A stretch of DNA of 56,151 nucleotides, from assembly GCA_043729945.1 (NCBI GenBank), contig JAYTKW010000008.1, positions 1 through 56,151 of the forward strand. The letters run 5' to 3'. The position numbers and the translations under genes are program-made. The DNA is from Candidatus Kaiserbacteria bacterium. GTDB lineage: Bacteria; Patescibacteriota; Minisyncoccia; Phycocordibacterales; UBA918. Below are positions 35,391 to 43,001 of this stretch, one piece after another. The notes beneath the pieces were generated by a model. That model saw nothing but the letters and a program-made list of their open reading frames with translations, ran no database searches and had not been told where the DNA came from. Positions within the stretch are counted from its first letter, which is position 1. Each line of letters begins with the position of its first letter.

Positions 35391-35888
35391 ATGAAAATTA
35401 AACCACAGGGGTTTCTTAGTCAGTGTGCTGACCTCGCAATGCTTCCTTTGATGTATCTGCTTCAGGGAACATTACGTGAAGTGCCTCAACGGACACATCG
35501 CTGGAATAATGTGAAATTTCCCGTGCAAGATTTAGCGCATTTACAGAGCGATCTCTTAGTCACCGTACCGGGAGACGTTCAGGCAGTGCGTCGGTGGTGG
35601 GGTCCGTTGCCAATTTTTCATATTCCCATGTTCGGAGGTTGGTCAAAATTTGCTGTTATTGAACCAAAAACACCCGTTTCAGACGTTTGGTATATTGGTT
35701 GGATCGCAGGGGATACCGTAGCGGGGGTGTCACAGATACCATTATTAAGCCAAGTGCGTTTACTGGTTGGGCCGGGACCAGCCCAGTTTTTTGGTTTGAC
35801 TGCAAATGGCGATCAGATTTCAGTGCACGTCGTTGGACATGGACGAATCAGACAGTCAGGTAAATTTGCCAAAGTGCCACTCTTATAA
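35391..35888 (+). CDS. Hypothetical protein
   Basis: 165-aa ORF with no recognisable motif. Confidence 0.55.
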   Translation: MKIKPQGFLSQCADLAMLPLMYLLQGTLREVPQRTHRWNNVKFPVQDLAHLQSDLLVTVPGDVQAVRRWWGPLPIFHIPMFGGWSKFAVIEPKTPVSDVWYIGWIAGDTVAGVSQIPLLSQVRLLVGPGPAQFFGLTANGDQISVHVVGHGRIRQSGKFAKVPLL

Positions 35889-35890
35889 TC

Positions 35891-35899
35891 TGCTATACT
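35891..35899 (+). promoter_or_regulatory. Extended -10 TGcTATACT, 6 nt before ATG 35906
   Basis: A canonical leaderless-type promoter. It drives the displaced GH1 5' fragment rather than the full-length GH1 start. Confidence 0.5.
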
Positions 35900-35905
35900 T
35901 TCCCC

Positions 35906-36049
35906 ATGATTACTGACAAGAAATTTCCTGAGGGTTTTTATTGGGGTGCGAAAGCCTGGGAGGCTTTCGCAAGACCTTGCCTGCTGTTTCTGGAGGAAAC
36001 GAACAGAAACAGCGACAAGGTATACCGTCTCTGTAAGAGACAGCAATAG
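35906..36049 (+). other. Duplicated GH1 5' end fused to a structured spacer (47-codon uORF)
   Basis: MITDKKFPEGFYWGA duplicates the GH1 N-terminus: 35921..35950 matches 36061..36090 at 26/30 nt. Three hairpins follow (35948..35970, 35974..36021, 36027..36041). The stop TAG lies 2 nt before the GH1 ATG. Confidence 0.7.
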
Positions 36050-36051
36050 AT

Positions 36052-37278
36052 ATGAAAAAAACATTTCCCGAAGGGTTTTATTGGGGTGCGGCTACAGCGT
36101 CCTATCAAGTGGAAGGTGGAATTGATAACTGTGACTGGGCGCAAGCGGCGCGGGCGGGCCAGGTGCCGGTTTGCGGGCTGGCTTGCGATCATTACAATCG
36201 GTATGAAGCCGATTTTGATTTGGCAAAGAGTCTCGGACATACCGCACACCGCCTCTCAGTCGAGTGGGCGCGAATTGAACCTCAACCAGGGCAGTTTAAT
36301 ACGGAGGCTATTGCTCACTACCGGGAGGTGCTACAGGCGCTCCATAATCGGGGGATGAAACCGTATGTGACAATTTGGCATTTTACCCAGCCATTGTGGT
36401 TTTCTGAAGCGGGGAGTTTTGAACAAAAAAATTCGCCAGAAATTTTCGCACGCTACGCAGCCTATGTGGTCGCGCAGCTAGGTGACCTCTGCGACCATTT
36501 CTCGACCATGAATGAACCTAATGTGTTTGGTAGTAACGGTTGGTTGCGTGGTACTTGGCCACCATTTAAGCGCTTTGTTCTCACTGATACCGTTTCGATC
36601 ACAAATTCTGGTAGACAATTTGAGGCCAAAGCTAGTCGTGGATTTGCGCCATTGTTTGCGTATTTGCGAGTGATGAAAAATTTAGCCCGGGCGCACAACG
36701 CGGCGTATGTATCGATAAAAAAAGTTTCACCGCAGACGGAAGTGAGTTTTGTGCACCACGTTATTGTGTTTGACAGCACCTCTAATCCACTCCTCAAAAT
36801 TAAAGCCGCAGTGGCAAATTATCTCTGGACATATAAATTTATGAACCGTACTGCGCGCTATTGTGACTCGGTAGGTCTCAATTACTATTTCTATACCCAG
36901 TTTGGTGATACACGAGAGTGGCGGAAAACTGATATGGATTGGAATTTTGCACCGGAGCATATTTATGATGCCTTGATGATGTTGGCAAAATATAAAAAAC
37001 CACTTTTTGTGTCCGAGGGAGGGATTGCTGACGCAGCTGATTCTGGTCGGGCCGAGTATATTCAAAGACAAGTCGCCGGAGTGTGGCGGGCGATTGCAGA
37101 TGGCGCTGACGTGCGCGGGCATATGTATTGGTCGCTCCTGGATAACTACGAGTGGGCCCTTGGCTTTGGTAAGCGTTTTGGTTTGATTGAAGTTAATTAC
37201 AACACACAGGAGCGGACCATTAGGCCGTCTGCTTACGTGTATAAACAAATTTGTGAGACAAACGCCGTAGTAGAATAG
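36052..37278 (+). CDS. Glycoside hydrolase family 1 beta-glucosidase
   Basis: FPEGFYWGAATASYQVEGG, the acid/base motif TMNEPNV, the nucleophile region FVSEGGIA, and YWSLLDNYEW. Confidence 0.93.
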   Translation: MKKTFPEGFYWGAATASYQVEGGIDNCDWAQAARAGQVPVCGLACDHYNRYEADFDLAKSLGHTAHRLSVEWARIEPQPGQFNTEAIAHYREVLQALHNRGMKPYVTIWHFTQPLWFSEAGSFEQKNSPEIFARYAAYVVAQLGDLCDHFSTMNEPNVFGSNGWLRGTWPPFKRFVLTDTVSITNSGRQFEAKASRGFAPLFAYLRVMKNLARAHNAAYVSIKKVSPQTEVSFVHHVIVFDSTSNPLLKIKAAVANYLWTYKFMNRTARYCDSVGLNYYFYTQFGDTREWRKTDMDWNFAPEHIYDALMMLAKYKKPLFVSEGGIADAADSGRAEYIQRQVAGVWRAIADGADVRGHMYWSLLDNYEWALGFGKRFGLIEVNYNTQERTIRPSAYVYKQICETNAVVE

Positions 37279-37285
37279 GGTCATC

Positions 37286-38269
37286 ATGGCGGCTTGGATT
37301 TTACTGGCAACGGCCGGACAATTTGTGAATGCCATTGTGGCGTTCTTGGACAAATATATCGTGTCTGATGAAACGGCGTTGCCAAAACCGTTTATCTACG
37401 CGTTTTACTCGTGTCTGCTTACTGGTGGGTGGATTGTAATTTATTTGATTGGATTTGTGCCGGGGTTGAGTACCCTTGGTGTACCACATTTAGCCAATGT
37501 ACACACCCCGTCGATTCAAGTAGTGGCAATGGCGTTTTTGTCCGCCTATACTTTTTTTATGGCGCTGGTATCGATGTATTCGGCCTTGCGTAGCGCCGAG
37601 GCGGTGAATGTGATGCCGGTCATTGGGGTAATTTCGGCGATTTCCTCACTCGGAATGGTGTATTTGTTCCTGGACGTAGTGCTCGAACCAAATTTTATTT
37701 GGGGGATTGTGGTATTGTCTCTCGGCACGCTCTTGGTAGCACAAACCCTACCGCACATTGATACCGTAATCCATGTCATTCATAGTGGAGTATTTTTTGC
37801 TCTCCATTTCATTACCATGAAAGGACTCTTTCAAGAAACTAGTTTTGATGATGGGTTCTTTTGGTCGAGGATTTGTTTTGTGTTGTTTGCTCTATCATTG
37901 TTACTAGTTCCTACGTACTATAAAAAGATCCGTGAACAAACAGGACTTACTACTAAAAAAACCGGGGCGCTGGTACTTGTGACAAAGATCCTGGCGGGTG
38001 TTGGTGCCTTTATGATTTTGAAAGCCACCGACATGGGGGATGTGGCCGTAGTGCAGGCGCTTGATGGGGTCAAATTTGTATTTATTTTACTGATTACAAT
38101 TTTCTTTGGGGCGTTATTACCGGATAGCGCAGTCGAACATGTGACCAAACCAAGCGAAGTCATGCGGCGGGTGCTGTATGTGCTCGTGATTGCGGCGGGC
38201 TATTTCATCCTGTTTGGTAGTGTCGATTATTTATATCTTTTTACCCAAGTCTATGCGCCGATTACGTAA
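37286..38269 (+). CDS. Polytopic membrane protein (about 10 TM, DMT/EamA-like impression)
   Basis: 327-aa hydrophobic ORF between two glycosidase genes. Confidence 0.78.
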   Translation: MAAWILLATAGQFVNAIVAFLDKYIVSDETALPKPFIYAFYSCLLTGGWIVIYLIGFVPGLSTLGVPHLANVHTPSIQVVAMAFLSAYTFFMALVSMYSALRSAEAVNVMPVIGVISAISSLGMVYLFLDVVLEPNFIWGIVVLSLGTLLVAQTLPHIDTVIHVIHSGVFFALHFITMKGLFQETSFDDGFFWSRICFVLFALSLLLVPTYYKKIREQTGLTTKKTGALVLVTKILAGVGAFMILKATDMGDVAVVQALDGVKFVFILLITIFFGALLPDSAVEHVTKPSEVMRRVLYVLVIAAGYFILFGSVDYLYLFTQVYAPIT

Positions 38270-39260
38270 AATTTTATACTGGATACTGGGTATTCTCGTG
38301 CTGCTGGGCCTTACAGTGGCGTGGCTGGCGTATAAGCCGGTACCTGAGCAGATTACCTACGGTATGTCGTTTAATACCGTCTATGCCCGGGAGCTGGGGC
38401 TCGACTGGAAAGAAACCTACGATGCGATTTTGCATGATCTGGGGGTGCGTAACCTGAGACTAGCTGCCCACTGGCCAATGGTTGAACCAGCCCGTGACAC
38501 CTATAATTTTGAGGAGCTTGATTACCAGATATCTGAAGCCGAGAAAGCAGGTGCCACCATTGTGCTAGCCGTGGGCAGACGTTTGCCCCGGTGGCCTGAA
38601 TGCCACATTCCTACCTGGGCCCGCGAAGAGAGTTGGGACGACCAGAAAATTCAATTACGTGAGTATATCACCGCCGTTGTCGAGCGGTACAAAAATAGCC
38701 CGGCTATTAATTACTGGCAGGTCGAGAATGAGCCGTACCTAGCGTTGTTTGCCTTTGAGCACTGTGGAGCGCTCGATGAAGATTTTTTGAAAGAAGAAAT
38801 TGCCTTGGTACATGAGCTTGATCCCAGCAGGCGAGTGCTCGTGACCGACAGTGGAAATTTAGGAACCTGGGCTGGAGCCTATCGTAACGGGGACGCGTTT
38901 GGCACGAGCGTGTATGTGCATTTTTGGAATCCCGAGTTAGGTCAGTTCAAAACATTTCTCCCGCCCTGGTTTTATCGTGCTAAAGAAAAAGTCATCGCTT
39001 TGCGATACGGCGAGAAACCGACGTTTTTGATTGAGCTATCAGCTGAACCATGGCTGGTTGAGCCGGTAGTCAATGTTCCAATAGATATCCAGTACACTCG
39101 AATGGATGTTGCAAAATTTAATGAAATTTTAGACTATGCCCGCCATACTAGGTTCGATCAACAATATCTATGGGGGGCCGAATGGTGGTATTGGCTGAAG
39201 CAACAGAACGAGCCGGCAATGTGGGATAGAGGTAAAGAACTATACGACACAAGTAAATAA
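38253..39260 (+). CDS. Membrane-anchored clan GH-A (TIM-barrel, GH5/GH42-like) glycoside hydrolase
   Basis: The ATG at 38253 gives a TM anchor. RLAAHWPMVEP is present, as is the acid/base motif WQVENEPYL. Confidence 0.78.
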   Translation: MRRLRKILYWILGILVLLGLTVAWLAYKPVPEQITYGMSFNTVYARELGLDWKETYDAILHDLGVRNLRLAAHWPMVEPARDTYNFEELDYQISEAEKAGATIVLAVGRRLPRWPECHIPTWAREESWDDQKIQLREYITAVVERYKNSPAINYWQVENEPYLALFAFEHCGALDEDFLKEEIALVHELDPSRRVLVTDSGNLGTWAGAYRNGDAFGTSVYVHFWNPELGQFKTFLPPWFYRAKEKVIALRYGEKPTFLIELSAEPWLVEPVVNVPIDIQYTRMDVAKFNEILDYARHTRFDQQYLWGAEWWYWLKQQNEPAMWDRGKELYDTSK

Positions 39261-39261
39261 A

Positions 39262-39377
39262 ACTTCCAAAAATTGCACATCGCGTTGTTGTCCTGCAAAA
39301 AAATATCATTCACCTTACAGTGGTAAGGCTCAAGTTATTTTTCTAGTACGCCTAGCGCTGTATCAATTTTAGAAAGT
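39262..39377 (+). repeat. Extended-hairpin 3'-UTR element, copy C1 (116 nt)
   Basis: Outer stem ACTTCCAAAAATTG / CAATTTTAGAAAGT, middle stem AAAAATA / TATTTTT, and apical hairpin CACCTTAC-AGTG-GTAAGGCTCA. It starts 2 nt after the stop codon. Confidence 0.78.
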
Positions 39378-39488
39378 CTCTTCGAAATCCTTTCAGTGTT
39401 CTCCGTCGAAAAATAATGTGCACCTTACAGTAAGTAAGGCTCACCTTATTTTACTTTTCCCCCTATCTCAGCATCTATTTTATGAAAG
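39378..39488 (+). repeat. Extended-hairpin 3'-UTR element, copy C2 (about 111 nt), abutting C1
   Basis: Outer stem CTCTTCGAAAT / ATTTTATGAAAG, middle stem AAAATAA / TTATTTT, and apical hairpin CACCTTAC-AGTAA-GTAAGGCTCAC. Confidence 0.72.
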
Positions 39489-39630
39489 TCTATTGGTTAC
39501 TTGCAACTCCTGTAAAGTGACTTTGAAAGTCAATCGTATAGGTCCTATATTAAATATGTAAGCTTTAGGTGGTGTTGATAGTTTGTTTTTTATGATTTTT
39601 GAGTTGATACACTGTGATTGATACTTTCTT

Positions 39631-39813
39631 ATGAACTTTTGGCATTTTGTTTTTGGGTTTCTTTACACTCGTGATTGGCACACTGGTCACCCTGAGTTGT
39701 CTCGCCCGCGCGTGGCTTTGTTTGGGGCAGGCGTGTTCTTGGTCGTGTTGGCCTTGCTACTGGTGGCCTATTTACAGGCGCCGGTGGTGTACCTCCCACC
39801 AATCCAGTTATAA
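39631..39813 (+). CDS. Tentative small membrane protein
   Basis: 60-aa ORF with one clear TM helix. Confidence 0.35.
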   Translation: MNFWHFVFGFLYTRDWHTGHPELSRPRVALFGAGVFLVVLALLLVAYLQAPVVYLPPIQL

Positions 39814-39819
39814 TTTTGT

Positions 39820-39909
39820 ATGAATTATCTACGGCTGTTTGTTGGTATCTTTGTGTTAGCCTTTGTGGCAGTGGTGCTGGTATTTGGTTTATTGCAGTGG
39901 TACCTCTAG
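39820..39909 (+). CDS. Tentative 29-aa single-TM peptide
   Basis: MNYLRLFVGIFVLAFVAVVLVFGLLQWYL. It is not in the supplied ORF track because it is under 60 aa. Confidence 0.25.
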   Translation: MNYLRLFVGIFVLAFVAVVLVFGLLQWYL

Positions 39910-39941
39910 CTTGTTCTCTTGAAATTTGACAGGGATTAAGT

Positions 39942-39947
39942 TATAAT
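39942..39947 (+). promoter_or_regulatory. -10 box TATAAT, 7 nt before ATG 39955
   Basis: Favours the start at 39955, which gives the signal peptide MKYLGILSMVAIVCVLALPQMVSA. Confidence 0.45.
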
Positions 39948-39954
39948 GCCTTAT

Positions 39955-41082
39955 ATGAAATATCTCGGGATTTTATCTATGGTCGCCATTGTTTGTGTGC
40001 TTGCGCTACCGCAAATGGTGTCTGCTAGTACTATCGTCCGCACGGGGGATTCGGTGATGGTAACAGCCGATCAAACAGTCGACGGAGCTTTTTATGCCCT
40101 TGGTGGCTCGGTAGCGCTATCGGGCGTGATTAAAGGTGACGCCTTGATTGCAGGTGGTGAAATTACCGTTAACGGTCAGGTGACCGACGATTTACTGGTG
40201 CTAGGAGGCACTGTGGCAATGAATGCCTCTGGAACCAAAGACGTGCGAATTGTAGCCGGCAATGTCACCATTTCTCAGCCGATTACTGGTAGTTTGGTGG
40301 TAGTGGGTGGTCGACTGACCATTTTATCGACGGCATCAGTGTCTGGTGACGTACTATTTTATGGTGAAGACGCAACCATTGATGGGGCAGTGGGTGGGCA
40401 GATTCTCGGTAACGTCCGTAATCTCCGGGTTAACGGAAAAGTTGCTAAAGGTATTGATGTAACCGTTCGGGCACTGACTCTGGGGGATCGGGCGGACGTG
40501 ACGGGGGATGTGCAGTATGCGAGCCAAACGGAACTAGTCCGGGCGCCAAACGCGGTGGTTACAGGCAATGTGGTGCAGGGGGCGGCCGCAACTACGGTGG
40601 CCGAAGACAGCGCCGCTGCCTTTCGCCAGAGTGCCATCGTTTTTCTGATTTCACTCTTTGCTACACTGAGTCTTTATCTACTTGCTAGGCGTTTTGTAGA
40701 AACAGTGACTGCGGCAGCCACACAGTCCGTTGCCCTTAAGTTCCTGGTGGGATTTGCCGCTTTGGTGTTGCTGCCGATTTCAATTGTGATTTTGCTTGCG
40801 AGCATGTTGGGTATACTCATTGGTGTCCTCGGAGTGGTTACGTTGCTACTACTGGTTGTGCTTGCTGTAACCCTCATGAATGCTGTCTGTGGGGCGTTAC
40901 TCGCTCGGGCAGTGACCAAACAAACCAAGCTATCAGTGCCATACATTATTGCCGGCGCGGTGGTGGTGCAAATTTGTTTCTTTATTCCTTTGGTTGGGTC
41001 GGTATTGCTAACCGCTCTCTTTTTTACTACTGCCGGTACCCTGGTGACGTTGCTCTATCAATCAGTAACTAGTCGAGGGTAA
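39955..41082 (+). CDS. Exported bactofilin-like beta-helix repeat domain fused to a C-terminal multi-TM domain
   Basis: A signal peptide, then about 190 aa of G.V.(I/V).G-type repeats (GDALIAGGEITVNGQVTDDLLVLGGTVAM...), then 4-5 TM helices. Confidence 0.75.
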   Translation: MKYLGILSMVAIVCVLALPQMVSASTIVRTGDSVMVTADQTVDGAFYALGGSVALSGVIKGDALIAGGEITVNGQVTDDLLVLGGTVAMNASGTKDVRIVAGNVTISQPITGSLVVVGGRLTILSTASVSGDVLFYGEDATIDGAVGGQILGNVRNLRVNGKVAKGIDVTVRALTLGDRADVTGDVQYASQTELVRAPNAVVTGNVVQGAAATTVAEDSAAAFRQSAIVFLISLFATLSLYLLARRFVETVTAAATQSVALKFLVGFAALVLLPISIVILLASMLGILIGVLGVVTLLLLVVLAVTLMNAVCGALLARAVTKQTKLSVPYIIAGAVVVQICFFIPLVGSVLLTALFFTTAGTLVTLLYQSVTSRG

Positions 41083-41146
41083 TCACCCTAATCGCTATAC
41101 TATACTTGAACCTCCGCAAACGGTGAATGAAGAAATAAGCGAAAAA

Positions 41147-41155
41147 TGCTATACT
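41147..41155 (+). promoter_or_regulatory. Extended -10 TGcTATACT, 8 nt before ATG 41164
   Basis: Same pattern as the other leaderless-type promoters. Confidence 0.5.
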
Positions 41156-41163
41156 ATTAGCAC

Positions 41164-42099
41164 ATGTATACATTCTGGCTCGTAATCAAAGAGTTATTTT
41201 GGTTCGTGATGGGTACAGATACCCCTGTACCTTTGGCGGTTAATGTTGAGTGTAAAACGCTTCCTCCGAAAACAACGTTTGTGGAAATTGCTCCGCCGAC
41301 ACCCGTTACGTTACTGGGGTCGGTACCGGGTGTCGGTAGTATACCCGGACCTGAAATGACCACTTTGGCTCCTGAGCCGACGTTAGTTCCTGATAGATCT
41401 GAGAATACAGCGGTGCCGCCAGTAGATCAGTCTCTGACCCAGGCTCTTTTGTATGCGCCAGTGATAATGTATGTGAGTGCTGCTGCTGGGACGCCATTTC
41501 AAATTGCCCCCCAGCAGGAATTTGATGGCGTAACCGAGGTGTTGCCTTATGGGTCGGCAGTGACGGTAGTGGGCTATCGTGGACGGTATGCCAGTGTACT
41601 GAGGCACCATACCGGCTTTGTGCTCAAAGACCATCTTCAATCAGATAAAACTATCGTCTGGCCACAATTTGTCTCGGGTACTACCTATCTGGCGTCTGAT
41701 CCGGTAACTATAATGGTGCGTTCTATCATTGCTGATGAATTTGGGGCCGGGGCCCTCGCCATCCCACTGCAAGCGGGGGAGTATATTGTTGAGCGACTCC
41801 TCGTTGATGGTCGGCGGATTACCTGGAGTAACGAACGCCCGCGTCTACCGGGTACCTGGCAGAATCTCCTCAAAGGCACCACTGGTATTCATAGTGGCAT
41901 TGCCCCAAAAACCGATAGTGTTATGGAATGGAATACTGACGGAGGCGAGGGGAGATTGGCGTATGTCGAAACTGTGGCCCCCGACAGCAGTATCCAGGTA
42001 TCTCTCGTAGGTCTAACCGAAGCTGGCGTGTATGAGACAAAAGTATTCACCAGCGGGCAGTGGCGAGAATTACGCCCAGTTTTTATTGAGGTTGCGTAA
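41164..42099 (+). CDS. Hypothetical protein with Pro-rich linker and SH3b-like segment
   Basis: 311 aa. The segment VTEVLPYGSAVTVVGYRGRYASVLRHHTGFVLKDHL resembles bacterial SH3 domains. Confidence 0.72.
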   Translation: MYTFWLVIKELFWFVMGTDTPVPLAVNVECKTLPPKTTFVEIAPPTPVTLLGSVPGVGSIPGPEMTTLAPEPTLVPDRSENTAVPPVDQSLTQALLYAPVIMYVSAAAGTPFQIAPQQEFDGVTEVLPYGSAVTVVGYRGRYASVLRHHTGFVLKDHLQSDKTIVWPQFVSGTTYLASDPVTIMVRSIIADEFGAGALAIPLQAGEYIVERLLVDGRRITWSNERPRLPGTWQNLLKGTTGIHSGIAPKTDSVMEWNTDGGEGRLAYVETVAPDSSIQVSLVGLTEAGVYETKVFTSGQWRELRPVFIEVA

Positions 42100-42126
42100 A
42101 GATTTTTTTGTGTTAAAGTGCATGTG

Positions 42127-42263
42127 TCCGGTCCGCCTTACCCAGGGCACCCCAAGGGTCGGAATTGTGGCACATTGCCCCAAGATGTCGCCACGGCGCG
42201 GGAGTCATGAATTAACATGACTTCCGCGTTCGCCAAAGTCCAGCCATCCGCTTGGCTTTTTTT
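42127..42263 (+). ncRNA. Candidate small RNA or terminator-containing leader (about 137 nt, GC-rich, 4 hairpins)
   Basis: Upstream extended -10 TGtTAAAGT at 42111..42119. Hairpins: 42128..42162 (CCGGTCC/GGGTCGG with two G-U pairs), 42167..42194 (9 bp), 42197..42228 (13 bp with one G-U pair). A terminator follows at 42242..42263 (AGCCA-TCCGCT-TGGCT plus a T7 run). Class unknown. Confidence 0.4.
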
Positions 42264-42267
42264 ATTG

Positions 42268-42273
42268 TATACT
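42268..42273 (+). promoter_or_regulatory. -10 box TATACT, 9 nt before ATG 42283
   Basis: Spacing pattern. It lies directly after the T run of the preceding terminator. Confidence 0.4.
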
Positions 42274-42282
42274 AGAGCCACT

Positions 42283-42987
42283 ATGCAACCAGTCGCATTT
42301 TTTGATATTGATGGAACGGTGTTTCGTTCGAGTTTGTTAATTGAACTGGTCGATGCGCTGATAGCAGATTCGGTGTTTCCACCCGAGGCACGAGATGTCT
42401 ATCGTGATGCTCATACCGCTTGGCGCAATCGCGAGGGTACCTACGAAGCCTACATAAAGGCCGTGGTAACAACCTACATGACTCATATCAAAGGTGTCCA
42501 CTACGGCACGCTCGCTGATATTGGTAAACGTGTGGTTGCGGTTCAGAGTAAACGAGTCTACCGCTACACTCGCGATTTAATTGTTGATCTAAAAGCGGAG
42601 GGGTACTACATTGTCGCCATCTCCCAATCACCTAAAACAGTACTCGATGCTTTTTGTCTGCAGTATGGTTTCGATAAAGTCTACGGTCGCATTTACGAAA
42701 TTGGTCCCCAGGACCGGTTTACCGGTATCATGACTGACGTTCATTTGATAGAAAACAAAGCCACGATTGTTAAACGTGTATTTGAACAAAACCCCAACCT
42801 TACCCCCGCCGAATCAATCGCTATTGGCGACACCGACGGCGATATCTCACTTCTCTCCGCCGTCGCACACCCTATTTGTTTCAACCCAAATAAAGCCCTC
42901 TACATCCACGCCAAACGCCAAGGTTGGGAAGTGGTAGTAGAACGCAAAGACGTCATTTACGACTTGTCTGGCGGGAGTATTTCCTAG
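42283..42987 (+). CDS. HAD-IB family hydrolase (SerB-like phosphatase class)
   Basis: Motif I FFDIDGTVF, SQSPK, and motif IV GDTDGDISLL. Confidence 0.87.
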   Translation: MQPVAFFDIDGTVFRSSLLIELVDALIADSVFPPEARDVYRDAHTAWRNREGTYEAYIKAVVTTYMTHIKGVHYGTLADIGKRVVAVQSKRVYRYTRDLIVDLKAEGYYIVAISQSPKTVLDAFCLQYGFDKVYGRIYEIGPQDRFTGIMTDVHLIENKATIVKRVFEQNPNLTPAESIAIGDTDGDISLLSAVAHPICFNPNKALYIHAKRQGWEVVVERKDVIYDLSGGSIS

Positions 42988-43001
42988 GCTTCGTTAGCTA
43001 G

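Noticed and set aside
36727-37353. 208-aa minus-strand ORF
   Set aside because: It is antisense to the 3' part of the GH1 gene, which has clear family motifs.
42032-42220. 62-aa plus-strand ORF across the GC-rich intergenic segment
   Set aside because: It overlaps the end of the preceding gene. It runs through a series of stable hairpins bounded by a promoter-like box and a terminator, so an RNA element explains the region better.
42127-42263. Assignment of the candidate RNA as SRP (4.5S), 6S or tmRNA
   Set aside because: There is no single long end-to-end helix, no GGAA/GNAR-capped helix-8 motif with AGCA loops, and no tRNA-like 3' end. It is left unclassified.
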